Origin: Chloroflexota bacterium
GTDB taxonomy: Bacteria; Chloroflexota; Dehalococcoidia; Lucifugimonadales; Australimonadaceae
Assembly (NCBI GenBank): GCA_028874795.1
Contig: JAPPHT010000020.1
Coordinates: forward strand, 472 to 64,471
DNA length: 64,000 nt
Reading direction: 5' to 3'
Part shown: piece by piece, positions 21,812 to 31,616 of the stretch
Layout of the letters: every line of letters begins with the position of its first letter
Position numbering within the stretch: position 1 is the stretch's first letter
Program-made: the position numbers and the translations under genes
Notes under the pieces: model-generated
Told to the model about the DNA's origin: nothing
What the model saw: only the letters and a program-made list of their open reading frames with translations
The model's database searches: none

Positions 21812-23176
21812 ATGTTGACTGCTGAACAGAACGACCGGCTCACCAGAGTCGGCCCCGGCACCCCGACCGGCGAACTGATGCGCCGCTACTGGCACCCCAT
21901 CGCCGCCGTAGCCATGATGAACGACCGTGCCACCAAGCCCATCCGCCTGCTCGGCGAGGACCTCATCCTCTACAAGAGCAACAGGGGCGTCTTCGGGCTG
22001 GTCGACAACTACTGCCCCCATCGCCGCATGGGCATGGTCTACGGCATCCCGACCGACGAGGGCATCCGCTGCGCGTATCACGGGTGGATGTTCGACGAGA
22101 CCGGCCGCTGTCTCGAACAGCCCTACGAGGAGACCGAGGCGCCGGACAACCGCTTCAAGGACAAGGTGCGTATCAAGGCGTACCCACTGCAGGCGAAGGC
22201 GGGCCTCATCTTCGCCTACCTCGGCCCTGCGCCCGTGCCGCTGCTTCCCAACTGGGACGTGTTCGCGCTCGACAACGTCGTGCGGGACATCGGCTACACG
22301 GAGCTCCCGAGCAACTGGCTGCAGTGTCAGGAGAACTCGCTGGACCCCGTGCACTCAGAGTGGCTGCATGGCGAGTGGGCGAACTACATCCTGCAGATGC
22401 GCGGCGAGGGCGACAAGGTGCGCAAGCGGTATGAGAACGAGCGCATCGGCTTCGACAAGTTCCAGTACGGCATCTACAAGCGCAGGCTCGTCAAGGGCGG
22501 CAGCTACGAGGACGGCGAGTGGGCGCAGGGACACCCCATCGTCTTCCCCTACTTCCTCCGGCAGGGCGGCAGCGGCACCGCCATCGACACCTGGGACGGC
22601 AGGCGCGGCGGCGGCAACCCCGGTGTCGGCCCATCGTTCCAGATACGCGTGCCACTGGACGACACGCACACCGGCCACTGGTGGGTGATGTGCCACGCGA
22701 AACTGGAGGGCGATCCCGACCAGCGCGACGAGGACGTGCCGCTCTTCTTCCCGCCCCTCATCCAGTTGGCCGAGGACGGACGGGTGCGCTTCGAGATACT
22801 CGACTCCAACTCGGCGCAGGACGTCGCTGCGTGGATCACGCAGGGCGCCATAGCCGACCGCACGAAGGAGTCGCTCGGGCGCTCGGACAAGGGCATCATC
22901 ATGTTCCGGCGCATGCTGGAGGAGAACATCCGCATCGTCGAGGACGGCGGCGACCCCATCAACACGTTCCGCGACCCGGCGTCCAACGTCTACCTCGGCA
23001 TGGACACCGAGCACAAGTCCCGCCGGAACGAGCAGTACGAAGAGCGCGGCGAGGGGCAGAAGGGGATCAGGCGCCAGGGCATGGCGAGCAAGTACAGCCC
23101 CATCCTGAACCAGCGCGGCGTTGAGGGCGGCGCGGACTCTATCGAGCGTCGCAAGCAGGTGGGCCAGGCCGTCTAG
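21812..23176 (+). CDS. Rieske non-heme iron oxygenase, alpha subunit-like
   Basis: CPHRRMGMVYG...CAYHGWMF Rieske ligands and DPVHSEWLH mononuclear iron motif. Confidence 0.85.
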   Translation: MLTAEQNDRLTRVGPGTPTGELMRRYWHPIAAVAMMNDRATKPIRLLGEDLILYKSNRGVFGLVDNYCPHRRMGMVYGIPTDEGIRCAYHGWMFDETGRCLEQPYEETEAPDNRFKDKVRIKAYPLQAKAGLIFAYLGPAPVPLLPNWDVFALDNVVRDIGYTELPSNWLQCQENSLDPVHSEWLHGEWANYILQMRGEGDKVRKRYENERIGFDKFQYGIYKRRLVKGGSYEDGEWAQGHPIVFPYFLRQGGSGTAIDTWDGRRGGGNPGVGPSFQIRVPLDDTHTGHWWVMCHAKLEGDPDQRDEDVPLFFPPLIQLAEDGRVRFEILDSNSAQDVAAWITQGAIADRTKESLGRSDKGIIMFRRMLEENIRIVEDGGDPINTFRDPASNVYLGMDTEHKSRRNEQYEERGEGQKGIRRQGMASKYSPILNQRGVEGGADSIERRKQVGQAV

Positions 23177-23198
23177 CCCAACACGAGAGGAGAAGGTC

Positions 23199-24380
23199 AT
23201 GCTGACGAAACAGGACAACGAGAAGCTCACCCGCGTGGGCCCTGGCACGCCCGCGGGCGAACTGCTGCGGCGCTACTGGCATCCCATCGCCATCGCTTCC
23301 GAGATCACGGAGGAGCGCCCCACGAAGGCCGTCCGCATCCTGGGCGAGGACCTGGTCATCTTCCGCGACAAGTCCGGGCGCTGGGGTCTCCTCGCCGACC
23401 ACTGTGCGCATCGCAGCGCGTCACTCGTCTACGGACGCGTGGAGGAGCGTGGCATCTCCTGCGCCTACCACGGCTGGCTGTACGACACAGAGGGCAACAT
23501 CCTGGAGACGCCGCCCGAGAAGAACGAGGCGATCATGCGCTCCGTGAAGCAGCCCGCCTACGACTGCAAGGTCTACCTCGGCGTCGTCTGGGCGTACATG
23601 GGGCCGAAGCCCGCGCCGGTCTTCACCCCGTTCGACACGCTCGTGCGGGAGGACGGACGGCGCAAGATACTCGTCCATCCCGTGCTGGACTGCAACTGGT
23701 TCCAGGCCATGGAGAACTCCATGGACCCGGCGCACCTGCAGATCCTGCACCAGGAGTACTACGCGCGCGGCCAGCGCGCGCCCGTGAACACGACGCGCGG
23801 CTTCACCGACGACGTGGACTCGTTCGAGTTCTACCTCACCAACTACGGCCTGATGAAGAAGCGCACCTACACGAACGGCGTCGTGGACGAGCACCCGGTG
23901 CTCTTCCCCTCCATCCTCCGGCAGGGGCCAAGCACCCAGTTCCGCACGCCCATAGACGACGAGCACACCTGGCACGTACACATCAACTTCTGGCTCACCG
24001 AGGACGGCCAGCCCAACGAGACGACCTGGGACCCGCCCGTCGAGTACATCGAGCCGTACAAGGAACCCGCGGACAAGAGCCACCCCCACGCCTGGTACGA
24101 CCGCCGCTCCGTCCTCTCGCAGGACCACATGGCGTGGGAGACGCAGGGCCCCATCACCGACCGCTCGGTCGAGCACCTCTCCTACTCGGACCGGGGCGTC
24201 GTCCTGCTGCGCCGCACGATGTTCGAACAGATGGAGCGCGTCGCCCGCGGCGAGGACCCCATGGGCGTCATCCGCGACCTGGACCACCCCGTCGTCGACA
24301 CCAACATCGACGAGGACGTCTGGCAGAAGCAGCCCACCCACCGCTGGACGGCGCCCGGCGCCGCCCCCACCCGGGCATAG
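23199..24380 (+). CDS. Rieske non-heme iron oxygenase, alpha subunit-like (paralogue)
   Basis: CAHRSASLVYG...CAYHGWLY and DPAHLQILH. It shares its N-terminus (LTRVGPGTP.GELLRRYWHPIA) with the upstream paralogue. Confidence 0.85.
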   Translation: MLTKQDNEKLTRVGPGTPAGELLRRYWHPIAIASEITEERPTKAVRILGEDLVIFRDKSGRWGLLADHCAHRSASLVYGRVEERGISCAYHGWLYDTEGNILETPPEKNEAIMRSVKQPAYDCKVYLGVVWAYMGPKPAPVFTPFDTLVREDGRRKILVHPVLDCNWFQAMENSMDPAHLQILHQEYYARGQRAPVNTTRGFTDDVDSFEFYLTNYGLMKKRTYTNGVVDEHPVLFPSILRQGPSTQFRTPIDDEHTWHVHINFWLTEDGQPNETTWDPPVEYIEPYKEPADKSHPHAWYDRRSVLSQDHMAWETQGPITDRSVEHLSYSDRGVVLLRRTMFEQMERVARGEDPMGVIRDLDHPVVDTNIDEDVWQKQPTHRWTAPGAAPTRA

Positions 24381-24402
24381 GGGCAAGCGGCAGACAGTAC
24401 GA

Positions 24403-24450
24403 CGTGAGCCCCGCGATAGCGGGGCTCACGTACTGCACGCGTTTTTCTTT
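24403..24450 (+). terminator. rho-independent terminator
   Basis: 12-bp stem CGTGAGCCCCGC-GATA-GCGGGGCTCACG followed by GTTTTTCTTT. It sits between convergent genes. Confidence 0.7.
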
Positions 24451-24474
24451 GGCGTTCCGGGCGTGCACTGACCC

Positions 24475-25206
24475 CTACCGCCACTCCTCGTACAGCGGGT
24501 CCTCGTCCACGAACGCACGCACGATGCCGTCGTAGACCAGCCAGAAGATGTCGAGCGTCGCGTTCAGCGACTCCCGCACGGACTGCTGCTCCAGGTCGCT
24601 CACCGCGTACTTCTCGATCACGTACGGCCCCACCTTCATGTGCTCCTCGTCGACCGACATGTGCAGCGTCCAGTACAGGATGTCGTCGCTGTCGCGCTCG
24701 AAGCCGTAGTGGTTGACGAGGCCGTTGACCACGCGGTTCATCCGGCCGCTCGCCGTGCCCTCCAGCGCGAGCCCCTGCGAAGCGTACAGCTCCAGCCAGG
24801 AGCGCTGGCCTATGAGGAGCTCACGCCAGTTCAGCAGGCCGCGCGTCTCGGGCAGCGGCTGTGTCGCGTTGAGTTCGTCGCGCGGGATGCCGGCCGCCTC
24901 GGCGAAGCGCATGTACAGCTCCTTGTGGCCCGCGGTGCCGGTCTCGCCGCCCTCCGCTTCCTCGGAGAGGTTCTCGAACCACATCCGCTCCAACTCCGTG
25001 TCCTGCGGGGAACGCGCGAACATCGCCGCGATCGGCTTCGGGAACGGCTTGGGGAAGAGCAGGTAGAACTGCTTGATGAAGCCGTTGAGCTGGGGGCGGG
25101 TGAGCTGCCCCTCCTCGATCATCTCGAACAGCGGGTGCTTGCGGCTGTGCTTCCGCTCCTGCAACTGCTGCATCTCGGCGAGAAACTCTCTGGTATCGAG
25201 CGCCAT
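24475..25206 (-). CDS. TenA/PqqC-like (heme-oxygenase-fold) iron-containing redox enzyme family protein
   Basis: 243-aa all-helical protein, HPLFEMI...QFYLLF...EEAEGG...H.ELY, reminiscent of the PqqC/TenA family. Confidence 0.55.
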   Translation of the reverse strand: MALDTREFLAEMQQLQERKHSRKHPLFEMIEEGQLTRPQLNGFIKQFYLLFPKPFPKPIAAMFARSPQDTELERMWFENLSEEAEGGETGTAGHKELYMRFAEAAGIPRDELNATQPLPETRGLLNWRELLIGQRSWLELYASQGLALEGTASGRMNRVVNGLVNHYGFERDSDDILYWTLHMSVDEEHMKVGPYVIEKYAVSDLEQQSVRESLNATLDIFWLVYDGIVRAFVDEDPLYEEWR

Positions 25207-25272
25207 CGGTGCGCCTCCGTGCGGTCAAGGATGCGGCGGCAAGTATACGCGCCTACGGCATCCTCCTGTACC

Positions 25273-26223
25273 ATGCGCCCCATGATCGAGTTCGGCGTCT
25301 CGCTCCCCACCATCGGCATGGGCGACCCCTCCGCCGTGCGGCTCGTCGCCGAGCAGGCCGAGGCGTCCGACCTCGACTCCGTCTGGGCCGCCGACCACAT
25401 CGTGCTCCCCACCAGCCACACCTCCACCTACCCCTACAGCGCCGACGGCGAGTTCCTCATCGCGCCCGGCCTGCCGTTCCTCGACCAGTTCACGACGCTC
25501 GCCTACGTGGCGGGTTTCACGTCGCGTGTGAAGCTCGGTACCGCAGTCACGCTGCTGCCGCTGCGCCACCCGCTCGCCGTGGCGAAGACGACCGCGACGC
25601 TGGACGTCCTCTCCGGTGGGCGAAGCATCCTCGGCGTCGCGGCGGGCTGGCTCCGCGAGGAGTTCGAGGCGCTTGGCCTCGACTTCGAGCACCGGGGCGC
25701 CACGCTCGACGAGAGCCTGCGCCTCGTGCTCGAAGCGTGGACGGAACAGGAGGTGCGGTTCGAGGGGCGCTTCTTCAACGTGCAGGGGGTTGAGTCGTAC
25801 CCGCACCCGGCACAGGAGCCGCATCCGCCCATCTGGGTGGGCGGCCACACGAAGCCGGTCATGCGCCGCGCCGCGCGCTACGGCGATGCGTGGTTCCCGC
25901 CGCTGTTCGCCACGACGCCGAGGAAGCTCGCGGAAGCGCACCGCGCGATGAACGAGGAGGCGGCCCAGCACGGACGCGGCGACGATGCGGTTGCGCTCTC
26001 GCTCCGCGTGCTCGTCGACCTGCGCAGCGAACCGGACCTTGCGGGCGCGGAGAAGCGTGGCGCGCTCACCGGCGAGCCGCACCGCATCGCGGCGACCCTC
26101 GCGGAGTATGCGGAGGCGGGCGTCAGCCACTTCGTCTTCCTGCCGCAAGCGCGGAGCCTCGCCGACGTGCAGCGGACCATAGACACCCTCAGCGCGAAGG
26201 TCGTGCCGGAGTTGCGGGCATGA
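25273..26223 (+). CDS. LLM-class (luciferase-like) flavin/F420-dependent oxidoreductase
   Basis: IEFGVSLP...DSVWAADHIV...TSRVKLGTAV layout. ATG at 25273 or 25282. Confidence 0.8.
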   Translation: MRPMIEFGVSLPTIGMGDPSAVRLVAEQAEASDLDSVWAADHIVLPTSHTSTYPYSADGEFLIAPGLPFLDQFTTLAYVAGFTSRVKLGTAVTLLPLRHPLAVAKTTATLDVLSGGRSILGVAAGWLREEFEALGLDFEHRGATLDESLRLVLEAWTEQEVRFEGRFFNVQGVESYPHPAQEPHPPIWVGGHTKPVMRRAARYGDAWFPPLFATTPRKLAEAHRAMNEEAAQHGRGDDAVALSLRVLVDLRSEPDLAGAEKRGALTGEPHRIAATLAEYAEAGVSHFVFLPQARSLADVQRTIDTLSAKVVPELRA

Positions 26224-27071
26224 CGCTGGGCGACTACCAGACCGGCGCCATCGAGGTCGCTCCCGGCGCCTACGCTTTCATCCAGGCAGGCGGCGCGACC
26301 GATGCCGGCTTCCTCGTGGAGGAGGAGGGTGTCGTCATCATCGACACGCTCATGACCCCGACCCTTGCGGAGCGGCTGTTGGCCGAGGCTCGCCGAGTGA
26401 CTGACAAGCCCGTGCGCTACGTCGTGAACACGCACTGGCACGGCGACCACCTCTTCGGGAACGCGCTCATGCCCCAGGCGCCGATCATCGCCCACGACAC
26501 CTGTCGCGACGACCTCGCCGCCGAGTGGGACACGCACCGCGAGTTCCTGCGCGACCTCTACCCCGCGATCTACGAGGAGTGGCGCGACCTGCCGCAGACG
26601 CCCCCCAACCTGACGTTCAGCGATACGCTCACGGTCCACCTTGGCGACAGGCCCGTCGAGTTGCGCTTCTTCGGCAGGGCCCACACGCGCGGCGACATCG
26701 CCGTCTACCTGCCGACGGAGGGCGTGCTCTTTGCGGGCGACCTCTCCTTCCACCAGTACATCCCGAACGCGCGCGACGGCTTCCCGCTCGCGTGGACCGA
26801 CGCCGCCGAGCGCGCGGCACAGGTGGAGTGCGACGTCGTGGTGCCGGGACACGGGCCGCTGGGGACGCGCGCCGACCTGGACGAGATGCGCGAGTGCCTG
26901 CTGCGCATCACGGCACACGGCGAGCGCAGCTTTGCCCGGGGACGCTCAGAAGAGGAGGCGCTGGCGACCCTTGACCTCGGCCCGTTCTCAGGCTGGGGAC
27001 GGCAGGAGGACCGCCTCCCGCCGCTCATGTCCCGCCTCTACCGCGAGCTCCGCGGTGAGTTCGTGGAGTAG
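26220..27071 (+). CDS. MBL-fold metallo-hydrolase
   Basis: VVNTHWHGDHLFGN (HxHxDH) motif. ATG at 26220 overlaps the upstream TGA. Confidence 0.8.
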   Translation: MTLGDYQTGAIEVAPGAYAFIQAGGATDAGFLVEEEGVVIIDTLMTPTLAERLLAEARRVTDKPVRYVVNTHWHGDHLFGNALMPQAPIIAHDTCRDDLAAEWDTHREFLRDLYPAIYEEWRDLPQTPPNLTFSDTLTVHLGDRPVELRFFGRAHTRGDIAVYLPTEGVLFAGDLSFHQYIPNARDGFPLAWTDAAERAAQVECDVVVPGHGPLGTRADLDEMRECLLRITAHGERSFARGRSEEEALATLDLGPFSGWGRQEDRLPPLMSRLYRELRGEFVE

Positions 27072-27074
27072 ACC

Positions 27075-27872
27075 CTAGTCCCACCTCGAGTTGGGCTTCG
27101 GCTCCAGTTCGCCGTCCACGTACACGTCCGCCTTGCCCTGCGGGAAGCAGACGTACCCCGCCACCTTCGCCGACTCCACGGTCGGGTCGCGGTACGTCCA
27201 GGCGATGTCCTCGAACGTCTCGCCGCCAACGTCCGCGTGGAAGTAGCTTGCGAGCCCCTTGTAGGTGGAGCCCAGCACCCGCTCGCTCGGCCGCAGGAAG
27301 TCCTTCCGCACGTCCTTCCCGGGGATGTAGTAGCGGTGGGGCAGCCCGGTCTCCAGCAGCATGACAGGCTGGTCCGTCTCGGCAACGGTAACGCCGTTCA
27401 GTTCGACGCGGACGTGGCGGGAGCTCTGCAGGCAGTCTACGCGTGTGTACGGGTCTTTCGGCCCGATGAAGACCTCCTCGTCCTCCTCGAACCAGCCGTC
27501 CATCCTGTTCCAGTAGAACGCCAGGTAGTCCCGCGCGTCCACGAAACCCTCCAACGGTTCCTGGTACGCCCAGACCGCGTTCTCCTCCACCCGTTCGCCG
27601 ACCTTGACGCTCCAGTACTGAGCGTCTCCCTTGATCGGTCAGAAGGTGCTCTTATCGGTCTCTTCCAGCAGGTCCATCCGCACGTCGGCCATCGGGAAGT
27701 AGTAGACGGGCTGGTGCCCTGTCTCGTACATGATGACCGCCTGCTTGCTGTCGACGAGCGTCTCTCCGCCGAATGTCGCGCGTATGCGCTTGGGCGTCGG
27801 CTCCAGGAAGGCGACATGTTCTGCGATGCCCTTTGCCGCGCCGATCCCGAATGCCCTGAAGACTTGTGTCAT
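27075..27872 (-). CDS. tandem DUF427 protein interrupted by one in-frame TGA (27639..27641): candidate selenoprotein or pseudogene
   Basis: ORFs 27639..27929 and 27075..27590 share a frame. ATG at 27872 has AAGGAGG 5 nt upstream. The combined product has two DUF427-like halves (...YYFPMADVRMDLLEETDKSTF-TGA-PIKGDAQYWSV... and ...YYIPGKDVRKDFLRPSE...STYKGLASYF...). Confidence 0.6.
27598..27641 (-). other. UGA plus SECIS-like stem-loop
   Basis: mRNA reads UGA-CCGAUC-AAGGGA-GACGCUC-AGUACUG-GAGCGUC-AA-GGUCGG. It forms a 6-bp lower stem (one G.U), an internal loop and a 7-bp perfect upper stem starting 12 nt after UGA. Confidence 0.45.
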
Positions 27873-27956
27873 ACCGTCCTCCTTTCGCCTTTCCGTCGTC
27901 CCTGCGCAGGCCCGCGCTTCAGCGCGCAACCTCGCTCCTGTTCGCCTCGCGCGCCC

Positions 27957-29015
27957 TCAGTTCCAGAGGGTGATGCCCATGAGCACGTGGCCGTGGTGCA
28001 CATCCTCGATGGCCTCGTTGATCTGCTCGAAACCGTACCGCTTCGTGATGAAGGAGCCAAGTTCGATGCGGCCCTGCGAAACGAGGTCGAGCACCTCCGT
28101 GACGTCGCTCGTCCGCCGCATCGCCACGCCCGTCACCTTGATCTCCTTGAATGCGAAGCGCGAGTCGTTGATCGTAATAGGGCCAGGCGGCATCGAGCCG
28201 ACGATGGTGGCGGTGCCCGTGGGACGCGTTGCCCGCACGATCTGGTCCGCGGTTACGGGGTTGCCGATGGCCTCGAACGTCTTGCGCGCGCCTCCTTTGG
28301 TTATCTCGATCGTCGCTTCCACCGGGTCCTCGGAACTCGCGTTCACGATGTGGGTTGCCCCGTAGGAGAGCGCGGCCTCCAGTTTGCTGCCGACGAGGTC
28401 CACCGCGACGATGGGGTACGCGCCGAAGAGCCGCAGCAGTTGGATGATGTTCAGCCCGACGCCGCCGCAACCGATGACCATTGCCGACTCGCCCGGTGCG
28501 AGGTGCGCGCCGTTCTTCACCGCGTTGTACGCCGTCGTGACCCTGCAGCCCACGATGCAGGACTCCTCCAGCCCCACGCCCTCCGGCAGGTGGAAGACCA
28601 TGTACCCCGGGACCGACAGCAGTTGCGTGAAGCCGCCGACGTTCCAGCGTGTCACAGTCCCTCCGTCCATCCTGCGGAACGGGGAGCCCGTCGGCCTCCG
28701 GTTACAGAGGTTCGACAGCCCGGACGTGCAGTACTCGCACCGCCCGCAGGAGAACCGCATGCCCACGGTTACGTGGTCGCCGTCCTTGAAGTGGTCCTGT
28801 TGGTTCTTGCCCGCGCCCACGACCACCCCGGAGACCTCGTGTCCCAGCACCGTGGGCGGCGACGACGGTATGGAGCCGTCCTGCACCTTCAGGTCTGTGT
28901 GGCAGACCCCGCAAGCGGCCACCTCGAGCAGCACGTCGTCGTCGCCAACGTCGGGCGTCTCGAACTCCTCGATGACGAGGTCCTGGTCGATGCCCTGCAA
29001 GACCGCTGCCTTCAT
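27957..29015 (-). CDS. zinc-dependent alcohol dehydrogenase (MDR family)
   Basis: ACGVCHTDL, GHEVSGVVV, CGRCEYC structural zinc site and GCGGVGLN Rossmann motif. Confidence 0.9.
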   Translation of the reverse strand: MKAAVLQGIDQDLVIEEFETPDVGDDDVLLEVAACGVCHTDLKVQDGSIPSSPPTVLGHEVSGVVVGAGKNQQDHFKDGDHVTVGMRFSCGRCEYCTSGLSNLCNRRPTGSPFRRMDGGTVTRWNVGGFTQLLSVPGYMVFHLPEGVGLEESCIVGCRVTTAYNAVKNGAHLAPGESAMVIGCGGVGLNIIQLLRLFGAYPIVAVDLVGSKLEAALSYGATHIVNASSEDPVEATIEITKGGARKTFEAIGNPVTADQIVRATRPTGTATIVGSMPPGPITINDSRFAFKEIKVTGVAMRRTSDVTEVLDLVSQGRIELGSFITKRYGFEQINEAIEDVHHGHVLMGITLWN

Positions 29016-29082
29016 GTCCCGCCTCCCGCTGGTGCGGATGGCGCGATTCTACTCCAACGCGGCATGCGGCGCGCCTGCCAAA

Positions 29083-29177
29083 TGTCATTTCGAGCGCAGC
29101 CGAGAAGTCTCTCGGGCTGTTCCCCACCTCACCCTTGAGAGGAGAGGTCGCCGCCCGCAGGGCGGCCGGTGAGGGCC
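29083..29177. repeat. palindromic repeat cluster (unit F plus C-like unit)
   Basis: TGTCATTTCGAGCGCAGCCGAGAAGTCTCTCGGG (compare 44484, 44641, 49293) and CCCCACCTCACCC..GGCGGCCGGTGAGGGCC. Confidence 0.75.
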
Positions 29178-29291
29178 CTCCGGCGAAGCTGGGCCTCGGC
29201 CCGCTCACTGACCATCACCAGAGCGACCTCAGCAGTACAATGGCGGAGAATCCTCCCGGCCGGATCGGGCGTTGATGCCCCAGGAGAAGTC

Positions 29292-29840
29292 ATGCCACGC
29301 ATCGAGATGATCACCGACAAGGCCCAGGTCCCCGAGGACCGGCACGCTGAGTTCGACGCGATCGTTGAAACGCTTCACGGGGTGCGTGGGCCTTTCGCCG
29401 TCCTGATGCACAGCCCCGGCCTCGCTCAGAAAGTCATGGAGGCCGGCGCTCAGGTCAGGCTGGGCTCAACCCTCAGCCCGGTCGAGCGCGAACTGGCCAT
29501 CATCGCCGTCGCCAGGGAGAAGGACGCGACCTACGAGTGGGCCGCGCACGTGAGGGCCGGACGCGCCGCCGGCATGCGGGAAGAAGCCATCGAAGTCGTC
29601 AGGCACCGGCAGGACACCAGTGGCCTCGAAGAGGACGAGCGCGACGTCATCGAGTTCGTGCGGCAACTCCTGCGGAACAACAAGGTCGAGCAGGACCTCT
29701 TCGACGCGCTGGAGGACCGCAAGGGTGTCCGGTGGCTCGTCGAACTCGCTGCCACCGTCGGCCAGTACCAGTACATCTCGGCGATCAACACCACGTTCGG
29801 CGTCGTCGCAGCCCCGGATGCCGACCAGCTCCCCGTCTGA
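29292..29840 (+). CDS. carboxymuconolactone decarboxylase (AhpD-like) family protein
   Basis: 182-aa helical protein, LSPVERELAIIAVAREKDATYEWAAHV. ATG at 29292 with AGGAG upstream. No CxxC. Confidence 0.7.
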   Translation: MPRIEMITDKAQVPEDRHAEFDAIVETLHGVRGPFAVLMHSPGLAQKVMEAGAQVRLGSTLSPVERELAIIAVAREKDATYEWAAHVRAGRAAGMREEAIEVVRHRQDTSGLEEDERDVIEFVRQLLRNNKVEQDLFDALEDRKGVRWLVELAATVGQYQYISAINTTFGVVAAPDADQLPV

Positions 29841-29889
29841 GAAGAGCTTCTCTGACCAACGCCCGGCACGCGAGGCCAGGTGCGACATT

Positions 29890-30190
29890 CACTTGATACC
29901 CGCCCCTTTCGCGATTGCCCCCTGACCCCTACGCTGGTTGCATGACTGTCGCACCGGCACCACCCATAGACCGCGTCTATAGCTCGCAGGCACAGCTATC
30001 GACGGCGTCTATGGTTCCGGTCCCAAACTTTGAAATCGATGGCCCCCTTGCCGCCTTAGACACGGAAGCAGGCCACGGCCTTGTAAACGCGCACATTAAG
30101 GTGGCCAAGGTGGCCAGATCGGCTGTCCGGTTTACTCGTGGACCGGCGACTAAGGTGGCCAGGATTCCGGGGTGTTGGCCCCCTTAACCA
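29890..30190 (+). other. conserved-spacing intergenic element, copy 1
   Basis: Blocks TACGCTGGTTGCATGACTGTCG (29930), CACCCATAGACCGCGTCTATA (29961), CCCAAACTTTGAAATC (30022), GGAAGCAGGCCACGGCCTTG (30064) and CCGGTTTACTCGT (30127). Copy-specific 9-mers are GGCCCCCTT (30041, 30177) and AAGGTGGCC (30098, 30107, 30152). Confidence 0.6.
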
Positions 30191-30296
30191 ATCCAGCCCG
30201 TCCCCGCCGATGGCGCGCCGCAGTCCAAGATGGCACACTTAACCAACGCTCCCACGCCCTGTGCGGCGGGTGCGCGAACACCGACAGGAGTACCGA

Positions 30297-31613
30297 ATGT
30301 CCGTCCCCCTCGAATCGAAAGTCTTCCCCATCACCACCGCCATCAGCGGCGACGGCCACCTGGAGATCGGCGGCTGCGACGTCACCGCGCTCGCCCGCGA
30401 GTTCGGGACGCCGCTCTACGTGTTCGACGAGGCGACGCTCCGCAACCAGGCGGAGGGTTTCCTGAATGCCTTCCGTTCCCGCTACGCCAACAGCCGCGTC
30501 GTCTACGCCTGCAAGGCCTTCGTCAACGTGCCGCTCGCGCGCTACCTCGCGGGCCTTGGCCTGGGGTTCGACGTGGTCTCGGGAGGCGAGATCGCCGTGC
30601 TACGCGCCGCCGGAGTCGACCTCGCCACGGTCGATTTCCATGGCAACAACAAGACGCCTGAGGAGATCAAGCAGGCCGTCGCATGGGGTGTCGGCCACTT
30701 CGTGATCGACAGCTTCCACGAGCTGCGCCTGCTGGATGAGGCCGCGGGCGCGGCCGGGTGCACGCAGCCGGTCCTCATCCGGGTCTCTCCTTCCATAGAC
30801 CCGCACACGCACCGCCTCACTACAACGGGAGTGCTCGACAGCAAGTTCGGCTTCCCCATCGAGACCGGCGACGCCGAGGAGGCGGTGAAACAGGTGATGG
30901 CTGCGCCCAACCTGGACCTGCGGGGCCTCCACTTCCATCTCGGATCGCCCATCTTCGAGTTGGAGCCGTACACCGAGGCGATCGAGCGCGTCATACGCTT
31001 CGCGGCCCGTATGGGAGAGTACGGTCTGGACATGCGGCGCTTCAGCCCCGGCGGTGGCTTCGCCATCGCCTACACGGAGGACGACGCGCCGCCCGCGATC
31101 ACCGACTACGCCGAAGCCATCGTGCAGGCCCTCACGGACGGCTGCGCCGCGAATGGCCTCCCGCAGCCCGAGTTGACCGTTGAACCCGGGCGCTCGCTCG
31201 CCGGTCCCGCCGGCGTCGCCGTCTACACCGTGGGCGCCATCAAGGACGTGCCCGGCGTCCGCACCTACGTCTCCGTGGACGGCGGCATGGGCGACAACAT
31301 CCGCCCCGCGCTCTACGGCTCCCGCTACATCGCCATCGCCGCCAACCACGCCAACGACGCAGCCACCGAGACCGTCACCATCGCCGGCAAGTACTGCGAG
31401 TCCGGCGACGTACTCGTTCACGACGCCTCGCTCGCCCCGGTTCGTGCGGACGACCTCATCGCCATTCCAGCGTCAGGCGCTTACGCCCCAGCCATGGCAA
31501 GCGTCTACAACATGAATGGACGCCCCGCCATCGTCATGGTCGGGGACGGCTCGGCCACGCTCATCCGCCGCCGTGAGTCCTACGAGGACCTCATCGCGCA
31601 GGATGTCGTCTGA
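30297..31613 (+). CDS. lysA: diaminopimelate decarboxylase
   Basis: PLP-dependent group IV decarboxylase layout (YACKAF, HFHLGS, EPGRSL, CESGD). ATG at 30297 with AGGAG upstream. Confidence 0.9.
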   Translation: MSVPLESKVFPITTAISGDGHLEIGGCDVTALAREFGTPLYVFDEATLRNQAEGFLNAFRSRYANSRVVYACKAFVNVPLARYLAGLGLGFDVVSGGEIAVLRAAGVDLATVDFHGNNKTPEEIKQAVAWGVGHFVIDSFHELRLLDEAAGAAGCTQPVLIRVSPSIDPHTHRLTTTGVLDSKFGFPIETGDAEEAVKQVMAAPNLDLRGLHFHLGSPIFELEPYTEAIERVIRFAARMGEYGLDMRRFSPGGGFAIAYTEDDAPPAITDYAEAIVQALTDGCAANGLPQPELTVEPGRSLAGPAGVAVYTVGAIKDVPGVRTYVSVDGGMGDNIRPALYGSRYIAIAANHANDAATETVTIAGKYCESGDVLVHDASLAPVRADDLIAIPASGAYAPAMASVYNMNGRPAIVMVGDGSATLIRRRESYEDLIAQDVV

Positions 31614-31616
31614 CCC

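Noticed and set aside
29915-30187. A 90-aa ORF covering copy 1 of the conserved intergenic element, and the matching N-terminal part of ORF 48059..49354 over copy 2.
   Set aside because: Substitutions between the copies show no third-position bias. The frame that would translate the conserved blocks differs between copies at the CCGGTTTACTCGT block. The 48059 ORF also runs antisense through the ion-channel gene.
29890-30296. Lysine riboswitch or T-box leader upstream of lysA.
   Set aside because: I could not find the conserved cores of either family. A near-identical copy lies at 48066, where no plus-strand gene follows.
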